DNA of 64,000 bases. It comes from Alphaproteobacteria bacterium (GTDB lineage Bacteria > Pseudomonadota > Alphaproteobacteria > UBA828). The notes under the pieces were generated by a model, which searched no databases, had not been told where the DNA came from, and saw only the letters and a list, made by a program, of their open reading frames with translations. Positions 46,875 to 55,446 of the stretch are shown in pieces. The position numbers and the translations under genes are program-made. The stretch lies in contig CBDEFM010000001.1 of assembly GCA_965237415.1 (NCBI GenBank), positions 60,158 through 124,157 of the forward strand. The letters run 5' to 3'. The stretch's first letter is position 1. Every line of letters begins with the position of its first letter.

Positions 46875-47942
46875 ATGGTGGATGCCGCGCCCATCCTGCG
46901 CATGGTCAACCTGACCAAGCAATTCGGCCGACTGGTCGCGGTGAACGACGTTTCCCTCGACATCCAAGAGGGCGAGTTCTTCACCATCGTCGGCCCGTCG
47001 GGGAGCGGCAAGACCACGCTGCTCCGCATGCTGGGGGGCCTGGAGAAGCCGACGGCGGGCGACATTTACTTGCGCGAGCAGCGGGTCAACGCGGTGCCCG
47101 CCAACCGGCGCCCGACCTGCATGGTCTTCCAGTCCCTCGCCCTCTTCAATCACAAGACGGTCGGCCAGAACATCGAGTTCTCGCTGAAGATGCGGGGCGA
47201 GAACCGCCGTGCCCGCCGCGAGCGCGGCCTCTCGCTCATGAATGTGGTCCAGCTGCCGGAGGACTTTTACGACAAGTCCGTCACCAAGTGCTCGGGCGGT
47301 GAGCGCCAGCGCGTGGCGCTCGCCCGCGCGCTTGCCTCCGACCCCGAAATCCTGTTCTTCGACGAGCCGCTTTCCGCCATCGACTATCGCCTCCGCAAAC
47401 TGCTGGAGGTCGAGCTCAAAGACCTCCACCGCACCACGGGCAAGACCTTCGTCTACATCACCCACTCGCTCGAAGAGGCGATGGTGATGAGCGACCGCAT
47501 CGGGATCATGCAGGAGGGGCGCCTGATCCAGATCGGCTCGCCCAACGAGATCTACCTGCAACCGCGCAACAAGTTCGTCTCGGAGTTCATGGGCGAGGTG
47601 AACACGTTTGCCGTGCGCGTGGGCGCGGATGGCGGCATCGACTGCCCCCACTTCGAGCGCCGCTTCACCAGCCCGGCCCACCCGGATGGGTTTAGCGACG
47701 GCTATCTCGTGATCCGGCCCGAATCGATGCGTTTCCTGAACGACGCCTCGGAGGCCGAGAACCATCTCGAGGGATCGCTCTTCAACGAATACGCGCTCGG
47801 CTCCCGGGTGCAATATCACGTGAGCGCCCGCGGCATGATGTTCGTCGTCGAGAAACTCCGCGAGCAGGCCTATCGGGGCGGGCTCAACGAGGACGTTCTG
47901 ATCGGCTGGGACGCCAAGGACAGCGTGCTCGTGGCCGACTGA
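46875..47942 (+). CDS. ABC importer ATPase (PotA/MalK-like with C-terminal TOBE-type domain)
   Basis: Walker A GPSGSGKTT, signature CSGGERQR, Walker B ILFFDEP. 355 aa. Confidence 0.9.
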   Translation: MVDAAPILRMVNLTKQFGRLVAVNDVSLDIQEGEFFTIVGPSGSGKTTLLRMLGGLEKPTAGDIYLREQRVNAVPANRRPTCMVFQSLALFNHKTVGQNIEFSLKMRGENRRARRERGLSLMNVVQLPEDFYDKSVTKCSGGERQRVALARALASDPEILFFDEPLSAIDYRLRKLLEVELKDLHRTTGKTFVYITHSLEEAMVMSDRIGIMQEGRLIQIGSPNEIYLQPRNKFVSEFMGEVNTFAVRVGADGGIDCPHFERRFTSPAHPDGFSDGYLVIRPESMRFLNDASEAENHLEGSLFNEYALGSRVQYHVSARGMMFVVEKLREQAYRGGLNEDVLIGWDAKDSVLVAD

Positions 47943-48853
47943 TGGCTGACCGCGCGGAGACGCCTGCGGCAATCATCCGGCAGCCGGGGGCCGGGTCGCT
48001 TCTGCTGGGCTGGCTGTGCTCGGCGGGCGTGCTCAGCGCGACCCCGGTGCTCGTCTTCTTCCTGATCGGCTTCGTCGGCCCGCTGGTGATCGTGCTGGCC
48101 TTCAGCTTCACCCCGGAGCGCACCTTCGACCTCGGCGCTGGCTTCACAACCGAGAACTACGAGCGCATCTTCACGGAGAGCTACTACATCTCCTTCATCT
48201 GGTCGTTTGCGCTGGCCGGCGTCACCGTCGCCTGCAACCTGCTGATCGGCTACCCGATCGCCTACGGCCTCACCAAGCTCTTCGGCCGCTGGGCGGCGCC
48301 GGTCATGCTGGTGCTCGTCATTCCCCTCTTCGTCTCCGAGAACGTGCGGCTCTTCGGCTGGTATCTCTTCCTGATCAAGGGCGGCGGCATCCTGGCGGGT
48401 GGGCTCAAGACCTTCGGCATCGACACCGGCACGATGCTCTATATGCCCGGCACCATCCTGATGGGCATGATCTACGTCTATCTGCCCTTCACCCTCTTCC
48501 CCATCGTGCTCGGGCTCTCCATGGTGCCGGGCGATCAGGTCGAGGCCTCGCGCGACCTCGGCGCGAACCGCTTTCAGATCTTCCGCGAGGTGGAACTCCC
48601 GATCGCCATGCCCGGCATCCTCATCGGCGCGCTGCTGACCTTCGTGCTGGCGGTGGGCGCGATCTCCGAAGCCAAGCTCCTCGGCGGCCAGAACACGCCG
48701 GTCATCGCCCAGGACATCCAGCACGAGTTCACCTACGCCCAGAACTGGCCGCTGGGGTCCGCGATCTCGGTGCTGGCCATCGTCGTCACCGGCATCCTCG
48801 TGGTGGTGGTGATGCGCCGGCTCGACCTCGACCGGCTGCTCGGCCGACGATGA
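47942..48853 (+). CDS. ABC importer permease (PotB-like)
   Basis: 303 aa; 6 TM helices. EAA-type loop EASRDLGANRFQIFREVELP. TGATG overlap with the ATPase gene. Confidence 0.88.
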   Translation: MADRAETPAAIIRQPGAGSLLLGWLCSAGVLSATPVLVFFLIGFVGPLVIVLAFSFTPERTFDLGAGFTTENYERIFTESYYISFIWSFALAGVTVACNLLIGYPIAYGLTKLFGRWAAPVMLVLVIPLFVSENVRLFGWYLFLIKGGGILAGGLKTFGIDTGTMLYMPGTILMGMIYVYLPFTLFPIVLGLSMVPGDQVEASRDLGANRFQIFREVELPIAMPGILIGALLTFVLAVGAISEAKLLGGQNTPVIAQDIQHEFTYAQNWPLGSAISVLAIVVTGILVVVVMRRLDLDRLLGRR

Positions 48854-48874
48854 CACGCATGGGCGGGCGCTGAG

Positions 48875-49681
48875 ATGGAGAACAAGCGCTGGGTCATAAG
48901 CCTGATCGCGGTCTGGACCGGCGCGGTCGCGCTCTTCCTCTACATCCCGATCTTCTCGGTCATCGTCACCTCCTTCGGCAAGTCCCGCTACTTCCGCTTT
49001 CCCGTGAAGGCCTGGAGCGACAAGTGGTACGACCAGACGCTCGGCGCCAACCTGACCACGGACCTCCACCTCACCTCGTTCTATGTCGCGGGCTGCGTCG
49101 CGCTCATTGCGGTCGTGCTGGGCTTCTTCGGCGCTTTGGCCTTCGCCCGCTACAACTGGCGCGGCCGCCAGTTCTATCAGCGCCTCATCATGCTGCCGAT
49201 CTTCTTCCCGCAGGCCGTGCTCGGCCTCGCGCTCCTGCTCTGGTTCACTTTCGTAGGCGTGCTGCCGAGCTGGGAGGCGGCGGTCTTCGCCCATCTGGTC
49301 TGGATCGTGCCGATCGTGACCCTCGTGATCTCGATCCAGGTCTACGGCTTCGACGTAGCCCAGGAGGAGGCGGCCTACGATCTCGGCGCCAACCGCTGGC
49401 AGGCCTTCCGCGAGATCACGCTGCCGGCGCTCGCACCCGGCCTCTTTTCCGGCGCGCTCTTCGCCTTCCTGCTCTCCTGGGGCAACTTCCCGCTCTCGAC
49501 CTTCACCACAGGCGCCGACAGCACGGTGACCGAATGGCTCTATACCAAGATGGGCGGCGGCTACACGCCGATGATCCCGACCATGGGCGCGCTCTCGGTG
49601 TTCGGCGCCATCGCCATCCTCTTCGGCGGCTACATGTTCCTGATCGTCCACCGGCGCCGCCGGCTGGAGCGCGGCGATTAG
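48875..49681 (+). CDS. ABC importer permease (PotC-like)
   Basis: 268 aa. EAA-type loop EEAAYDLGANRWQAFREITLP. Confidence 0.88.
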   Translation: MENKRWVISLIAVWTGAVALFLYIPIFSVIVTSFGKSRYFRFPVKAWSDKWYDQTLGANLTTDLHLTSFYVAGCVALIAVVLGFFGALAFARYNWRGRQFYQRLIMLPIFFPQAVLGLALLLWFTFVGVLPSWEAAVFAHLVWIVPIVTLVISIQVYGFDVAQEEAAYDLGANRWQAFREITLPALAPGLFSGALFAFLLSWGNFPLSTFTTGADSTVTEWLYTKMGGGYTPMIPTMGALSVFGAIAILFGGYMFLIVHRRRRLERGD

Positions 49682-49768
49682 CCGGAGCCATGACGAACCA
49701 ACGGGGGAGTTGTCTCGCCCCGCGCATCGCGCTCTAATCCCCCCGACTTAGCGCCACAGGAGCAACCG

Positions 49769-50071
49769 ATGGCCTACCAAGTCACGGAAAAGGACCTTTA
49801 CGTCGTCGACGAGTTCATGGCCAAGCCGATTGGCCACCACAGCCCCAACTTGCAGCGGGTGCTCAATACGTTGAGGGGAGCGGACGTAAAGGGCAAGCAC
49901 TGCCTCGTCTGCACCAAGCCCGGCCGCGAGTGGCGCCTGGCCCAGCTCTCCGGCGTGCGCGGCAAGCCGGTCAAGCTGCTCGACAAGACCTTCGACAATA
50001 TCGAGGACGCCGAGCGCTACGTCTTCCGCCTGCGCTGGAAGCAGCACACCGGCAAGGCGTTGCCGAAATAA
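49769..50071 (+). CDS. 100-aa protein, candidate small subunit of the DMFase-like amidohydrolase
   Basis: CAGGAG SD 6 nt upstream. Lies immediately upstream of the large subunit, as in dmfA1-dmfA2. HHSPNLQRV...REW...YVFRLR resembles motifs I recall (unverified) from DmfA1. Confidence 0.55.
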   Translation: MAYQVTEKDLYVVDEFMAKPIGHHSPNLQRVLNTLRGADVKGKHCLVCTKPGREWRLAQLSGVRGKPVKLLDKTFDNIEDAERYVFRLRWKQHTGKALPK

Positions 50072-50133
50072 CCGCCGCGCGAGCGGCCCTCTTTACCACC
50101 GACAATCTACCGCCAGGCCCTGGGGAGCTACAC

Positions 50134-52386
50134 ATGACCAGAATCGCGGGCTATGCCGACCGCGTCAGCGTGACGCCGGGAGAGACCATCAACTTCATGG
50201 TGAGTTGCGAAGCTCCCTCCTACAAATGCGACATCGTCCGCCTCGTCTGCGGCGACGAGAACCCCGACGGCCCCGGCGTCAAGGAGAAGGTGGTCAGGAC
50301 CGGCGCGAGCGGCACCTACAAGGGGCGCCGCCAGGTCTGCTACGACGGCTCCTTCATGGAAGTTCCGGCTCATCCCGCGATCCAGGGGCTGGAGAGCTTC
50401 ACCATTCAGGCGTTCATCTGGCCGACGACGCCCGATCGCGGCACCCAGGCGCTGATCTCCAACTGGCGCGATCGCGACAAGGCAGGTGCCGCGCTCATCA
50501 TCACCAAGAAGGACGGCTCGCTCGCGCTCTGCCTCGGTGACGGTAAGGGCGAGATCGAGGTGATCGCCACCAACCGACCGCTGATCGCGCACCAGTGGTA
50601 CTTCGTCGCCGCATCCTACGACGCCGAGTCGAAGCAGGTGACGCTGGTGCAGCAGCCGCTCAACGAATACCCCAATGTGGACCACGGCCGGACCTTGAGG
50701 AAAAAGTCTGCGCTGAGCGGGCCGGGCAAGCACGACGCACCACTCACCATGGGCGGCCACTTCAAGCGCGTGGATAAGGGGTGCACCGTCTGCGGCGGCT
50801 TCTACAACGGGCGCATCGACAGCCCCCGCATCGCGAACCGCGTGCTGAGCCCGGCGGAGATGGAGCTTGCCAAGACCCCTCCCACGCACGGATCGCTCGC
50901 GACAGCCGTGATCGGCGCCTGGGACTTCTCCCAAGGCATCACGACGACGACCGCGACCGATCTCACCGCCAACGCTTTGCACGGCAGCCTCGTCAACATG
51001 CCGACGCGCGCCGTCACCGGCTGGTGTTGGGACGGCAGCGAGATGAACTGGCAGAGCGCGCCGGAGCAGTACGGCGCGATCCATTTCCACGAGGACGACG
51101 TCTACGACGCGCGCTGGGAGGTCGATTTCTCGCTCACCTGCCCCAAGCGGCTGAAGAGCGGCGTCTACGCCGCGAGGCTCCGGGGCGAAGGCGGCGGCGA
51201 GGAATACATCCCCTTCGCCGTCCGCGCCCCGCGCGGCGCGGCGACCGCGAAGATCTGCTTCCTGCTCCCCACCGCGAGCTACATGGCCTACGCCAACACC
51301 AACATGTCCACCAACATGGGCGCGGCGCAGATTCTCGCCGGCCGGCTCACGGTGCTGAATGAGAAGAACCTGCAACGCAGCGAGCACCGGGAATACGGCA
51401 CCTCGCTCTACGACAGCCACATCGACGGCAGCGGCATCTGCTACTCCTCGCGGCTCAGGCCGATCCTGAACTTCCGCCCGAAGGCGCTGGAGTGGATCGG
51501 CGGCACCGAATCCACGCTCTGGCAGTTCAACGCCGACACGCATCTGACCGAGTGGCTGGAAGCGCGGGGCTTCGAGTACGACGTCGTCACCGACGAGGAC
51601 CTGCACTACGAAGGTCTGTCGGCGATCCAGGACTACACGGTCGTTCTCAGCGGCTCGCACCCCGAGTACCACTCGAAGGCGATGTGGGACGCGATGCAAG
51701 CCTATCAGCAGCGCGGCGGGCGGCTCATGTACATGGGCGCCAACGGTTGGTACTGGCGCATCGCCTACCACAACGAGGTGCCGGGATGCATCGAGGTACG
51801 CCGCGCCGAGGACGGCATCCGTACCTGGATCGCCCGCCCCGGCGAGTACTATCACAGCTTCACCGGCGAATACGGCGGCCTCTGGCGGCGCAACGGGCGG
51901 CCGCCGCAGGTAATCGTCGGCACCGGCTTCAGCGCTCAGGGCTTCGACATCTCGTCCTACTACGTGCGCCAGCCGGACAGCTTCAAGCCGGAGGTCGCCT
52001 GGATCTTCGAAGGCATCGGCGAGGACGAGAAGATCGGCGATTTCGGGCTGATCGGCGGCGGCGCAGCAGGGCTGGAGCTCGACCGGGCCGACCCGCTGCT
52101 CGGCACGCCGCCCAACACCTACGTGCTCGCGAGCTCTGAAGGCCACACCGACCTCTACCTCGTGGTCTGCGAGGAGCTCGACGTGAACCGGCCCAATGCC
52201 GACGGCACGCAGGACCCGCTGGTGCGCGCCGACATCGTGTTTTACGAGACCGCGAACGGCGGCGCGGTGTTCTCCACCAGCTCGATCGCCTGGTGCGGAA
52301 GCCTTGCCCACAACGACCACGACAACAACGTCTCGCGCATGACCGAGAACGTCCTGCGCCGCTTCGCCGATCCGACCTCGTTCTGA
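50134..52386 (+). CDS. N,N-dimethylformamidase large-subunit-like amidohydrolase (LamG-like N-domain + DMFase beta C-domain)
   Basis: In-frame ATG 50134 (GGGGAG SD) of ORF 49930..52386; 750 aa. LamG/ConA-like segment FTIQAFIWP...WYFVAASYD...FYNGRIDSPRIANRVLS. C-domain LLPTASYMAYAN, SLYDSHIDG, VLSGSHPEYHS, LMYMGANGWYWR, consistent with the DMFase beta family. Confidence 0.75.
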   Translation: MTRIAGYADRVSVTPGETINFMVSCEAPSYKCDIVRLVCGDENPDGPGVKEKVVRTGASGTYKGRRQVCYDGSFMEVPAHPAIQGLESFTIQAFIWPTTPDRGTQALISNWRDRDKAGAALIITKKDGSLALCLGDGKGEIEVIATNRPLIAHQWYFVAASYDAESKQVTLVQQPLNEYPNVDHGRTLRKKSALSGPGKHDAPLTMGGHFKRVDKGCTVCGGFYNGRIDSPRIANRVLSPAEMELAKTPPTHGSLATAVIGAWDFSQGITTTTATDLTANALHGSLVNMPTRAVTGWCWDGSEMNWQSAPEQYGAIHFHEDDVYDARWEVDFSLTCPKRLKSGVYAARLRGEGGGEEYIPFAVRAPRGAATAKICFLLPTASYMAYANTNMSTNMGAAQILAGRLTVLNEKNLQRSEHREYGTSLYDSHIDGSGICYSSRLRPILNFRPKALEWIGGTESTLWQFNADTHLTEWLEARGFEYDVVTDEDLHYEGLSAIQDYTVVLSGSHPEYHSKAMWDAMQAYQQRGGRLMYMGANGWYWRIAYHNEVPGCIEVRRAEDGIRTWIARPGEYYHSFTGEYGGLWRRNGRPPQVIVGTGFSAQGFDISSYYVRQPDSFKPEVAWIFEGIGEDEKIGDFGLIGGGAAGLELDRADPLLGTPPNTYVLASSEGHTDLYLVVCEELDVNRPNADGTQDPLVRADIVFYETANGGAVFSTSSIAWCGSLAHNDHDNNVSRMTENVLRRFADPTSF

Positions 52387-52420
52387 GCGAGGCACGGCGC
52401 TTCCGCCACCGGGGGCCGCG

Positions 52421-53173
52421 ATGAGCGGCCCCGTACTTGAGGTCGAGGCCCTCACCAAGCGTTTCGGTCCGGTGACCGCCGTCGATGCGTTGAGCTTCAC
52501 GGTCGCCCGGGGGACGACCGCCGCCCTGCTCGGCGCCAACGGCGCGGGCAAGACCACCACCATGGCGATGATCCTGGGCCTGCTGCTGCCGAGCGCCGGC
52601 ACGGTGCGCATCTTCGGCCGCGACCTGGCTGCCCACCGCTATGCGCTGCTGCCCCGCATGAACTTCTCCTCGCCCTATACAGACCTGCCGCATCGGCTCA
52701 CGGTGCGCGAGAACCTGACCGTCTACGCCAAGCTCTACGGCCTCGACGGCGTCAGGCGGCGGATCGAGCGGATGGTCGAGACCCTCGACCTCGGCGCGTT
52801 TCTGAAACGGCCGACGGGCAAGCTCTCGGCCGGGCAGCGCACGCGGGTCGCGCTCGCCAAGGCGCTGCTCAACGATCCGGAGCTGCTGCTGCTGGACGAG
52901 CCCTCGGCCTCGCTCGATCCCGACACGGCCGATTGGGTGCGGGGCGTCATCGAGCGCTACCGCACCGAGACCGGCGCCACCATCCTGCTCGCCTCCCACA
53001 ACATGGCCGAGGTCGAGCGGCTCTGCGACGACGTGTTCGTGATGAGCGGCGGGCGCATCGTTGAGAGCGGCACACCAGAGGCCATGATCGAGCGCCGCGG
53101 CCTGAGCACGCTGGAGGAGGTCTTCCTCGAAATCGTGCGGGGCACGGCCGGCCTCGGCGAGGCAGCGCAGTGA
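52421..53173 (+). CDS. ABC-2-type exporter ATPase
   Basis: Walker A GANGAGKTT, signature LSAGQRTR, Walker B LLLLDEP. Starts 34 nt after the DMFase-like stop. Confidence 0.88.
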   Translation: MSGPVLEVEALTKRFGPVTAVDALSFTVARGTTAALLGANGAGKTTTMAMILGLLLPSAGTVRIFGRDLAAHRYALLPRMNFSSPYTDLPHRLTVRENLTVYAKLYGLDGVRRRIERMVETLDLGAFLKRPTGKLSAGQRTRVALAKALLNDPELLLLDEPSASLDPDTADWVRGVIERYRTETGATILLASHNMAEVERLCDDVFVMSGGRIVESGTPEAMIERRGLSTLEEVFLEIVRGTAGLGEAAQ

Positions 53174-54000
53174 CGGAGACCGGCGCCCTTTGGACCCCGC
53201 CGTGGCGAGGGTCGGCAGGGCGGATCGGCGCGCTGGTGCTGCGCCACACCTATCTGTTGCGGCGCTCCTGGCCGCGCCTGCTGGAGCTCATGTACTGGCC
53301 CACGGTGCAGATGATCATCTGGGGCCTCGTCACCATGTTCCTCGTCACCAACAGCTCGTGGGTGGCGCAGGCAGCCGGGGTCCTGCTCGCCGGCGTCATC
53401 CTGTGGGACGTGATGTTCCGCGGCCAGATCGGGCTCTCCCTGGTGTTCATCGAAGAGATGTGGTCGCGCAATCTCGGCCATCTTTTCGTGAGCCCCTTGC
53501 GCCCGTGGGAGCTGATTTTCGCGCTCATGCTCATCAGCCTGATCCGCACGCTGATCGGCATGGCGGGCGCGGTGGGCTTTGCATACCTGCTCTACGCGTT
53601 CTCGATCTTCGATCTCGGCTTCGCGCTGATCGGCTTCTTCGTGAACCTGATCGTGATGGGCTGGGCCGTGGGCTTCTTCGTGGCCGGCCTGGTGTTGCGC
53701 TACGGCTTAGGTGCGGAGAGCCTTGCCTGGTTCCTGATCTTCGCGCTGGCGCCCTTCAGCTGCGTCTACTACCCGCTCTCGATCCTGCCGGATTGGCTGG
53801 AGCCGGTGGCCGGCGCCCTGCCCTCTGCCCACGTCTTCGAGGGCATGCGGGAGCTCCTGGTCGACGGCACCTTCAGCGGCGATCACATGATGCGCGCGAG
53901 CCTGCTCAACATCGGCTGGATCGCGGCAGGCATCGCCACATTTCTCGCCTTTCTGCGCAGCGCCCGCATCCGCGGCCTGCTGCATCAGATCGGGGAGTAA
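53170..54000 (+). CDS. ABC-2-type exporter permease
   Basis: 276 aa, 6 TM helices. 4-nt overlap with the ATPase gene. Confidence 0.85.
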   Translation: MTETGALWTPPWRGSAGRIGALVLRHTYLLRRSWPRLLELMYWPTVQMIIWGLVTMFLVTNSSWVAQAAGVLLAGVILWDVMFRGQIGLSLVFIEEMWSRNLGHLFVSPLRPWELIFALMLISLIRTLIGMAGAVGFAYLLYAFSIFDLGFALIGFFVNLIVMGWAVGFFVAGLVLRYGLGAESLAWFLIFALAPFSCVYYPLSILPDWLEPVAGALPSAHVFEGMRELLVDGTFSGDHMMRASLLNIGWIAAGIATFLAFLRSARIRGLLHQIGE

Positions 54001-54011
54001 GGTTGAAGCGG

Positions 54012-54028
54012 GTCCGACTTTGTCGGAC
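54012..54028 (+). terminator. hairpin GTCCGAC-ttt-GTCGGAC just after the exporter operon
   Basis: 7-bp perfect stem 12 nt after the stop. No U-tract, so a weak intrinsic-terminator call. Confidence 0.3.
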
Positions 54029-54118
54029 GCGCGACAGGCCGCGACTGCGGCCCGCCGCTAATGCGGCGCCCTCGCGGAGGCGTCGGCCGGAGGCCGGCTG
54101 CCGTGAGCGATAAATGAC

Positions 54119-55147
54119 TCAGTCTGCGGGGCCGCTGACCCCGGCTGAGTCGAAGGTTGCCATGCCGTTGTGAGCGGCAATCGCCATGCGCACGAGGGCG
54201 GCAGCAAGGGCCGCGCCCGAGGCCTCGCCGAGGCGCAAGCCGAGGTCGAGCAGCGGTTCGAGTGCCAGCGCCTCCAGCAGCCGCCGATGCCCCGGTTCCG
54301 CCGAGCGGTGAGCGACCTGGGTGTGGTCGAGGCCGCCAGCGCGCAGCCGCGCCACGACGGCCGCGGCGGCGGTGCAGGCAAAGCCGTCGAGCAGCACGGG
54401 CACACGGCTCTCCCGCGCTTGGACGACGGCGCCCGCGATCGCCGCCAGCTCCCGGCCGCCGACGCAACTGAGCGCGGCAAGCGGATCGTGCCGGGCGCGG
54501 ACATGGCGCGCGAGTGCCGCATCGACCACGGCCGCCTTGCGCGCGAGGCCTTCGGCATCGACGCCCGTCCCCGGCCCCACCCACGTTGCGCCGGCGCCGC
54601 CACAGAGAGCCGCCGCCAGCGCGGCTGCGGCGGTGGTGTTGCCGATTCCCATCTCGCCGAGGCAGAGCAGGTCGGCGCCCGCGTCCACCGCGGCCATTCC
54701 AGCCTCCAGCGCCGCGACGCAGTCCGCTTCGGCAAGCGCCGGCGCCTCGGTCATGTCCTCGGTGGGCGTCTCCAGATCGAGGGGCACCACCATCAACTCT
54801 GCGCCCAGCACGTCGCAGAGCTGGTTGATGGCGGCCCCGCCGGCCTCGAAATTGGCCACCATCTGTGCGGTCACCGTCGCGGGGTAGGCGGAGACACCGC
54901 GCGCCGTCACCCCGTGATTGCCGGCGAAGACCAGCACTTGGATACGCTCCGCGCGCGGCGGATGACGCCCCTGCCACGCGGCGGCCCATTGGGCGAGCGA
55001 TTCGAGCCGCCCGAGCGCGCCTGCCGGCTTGGTGAGGTGCGCATCGTGTGCCCTGGCCCGCTCGGCCGCCGCCTCGTCCGGCCCCGGCATGGCCGCAACG
55101 CGGTCGCAAAATGCGGTCAACGAACCGAGCCCGGACTCATCGGCCAT
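54119..55147 (-). CDS. cobT: nicotinate-nucleotide--dimethylbenzimidazole phosphoribosyltransferase
   Basis: 342 aa. LTKPAGALGRLE, VFAGNHGV, GEMGIGNTT motifs of CobT. Confidence 0.92.
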   Translation of the reverse strand: MADESGLGSLTAFCDRVAAMPGPDEAAAERARAHDAHLTKPAGALGRLESLAQWAAAWQGRHPPRAERIQVLVFAGNHGVTARGVSAYPATVTAQMVANFEAGGAAINQLCDVLGAELMVVPLDLETPTEDMTEAPALAEADCVAALEAGMAAVDAGADLLCLGEMGIGNTTAAAALAAALCGGAGATWVGPGTGVDAEGLARKAAVVDAALARHVRARHDPLAALSCVGGRELAAIAGAVVQARESRVPVLLDGFACTAAAAVVARLRAGGLDHTQVAHRSAEPGHRRLLEALALEPLLDLGLRLGEASGAALAAALVRMAIAAHNGMATFDSAGVSGPAD

Positions 55148-55163
55148 GTCGCGGCCCGTTCAG

Positions 55164-55275
55164 CCCACCTCCCCCTGTCCCCCTCCCCCCGGCGGGCGGA
55201 GGGGGAACGTAGGTGGCGCCGCCCGTTACTCCCTCTCCGCCCCTGGGGGCGGAGAGGGCCGGGGTGAGGTGGGGG
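55164..55275 (+). repeat. full 112-bp nested-palindrome REP/MITE-like element, copy B
   Basis: Same orientation as copy A. Differs only in the loop of hairpin 1 and at one C/T position. Lies in the cobT-cobS divergent intergenic region. Confidence 0.85.
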
Positions 55276-55446
55276 TGTTGACTCCGACCGTCAAGAAGAC
55301 ACGCGCGCGCCGAGCCTTCGCAAGAGGTCTGGAGCGAAATTTCGAACTGAGTCACTACCCTCTGCCGGGCTTTCTTGGCCACGACCGCGCCCTGGCCTAT
55401 AAGGCTGAGGGAGGATGCCGGGCCGCGGCGGCTCGGACAAGGGCAC

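Noticed and set aside
30000-55300. Classical genomic island or prophage interpretation of the accessory-looking segment.
   Set aside because: There is no integrase, transposase, tRNA target or phage gene, and no clear drop in coding-region G+C. Only a TA pair and short repeats are present, so mobility remains speculative.
55148-55446. Cobalamin riboswitch expected between cobT and cobS.
   Set aside because: I found no B12-box or GGTGAAA-type conserved core. Most of the gap is occupied by the REP/MITE-like element.
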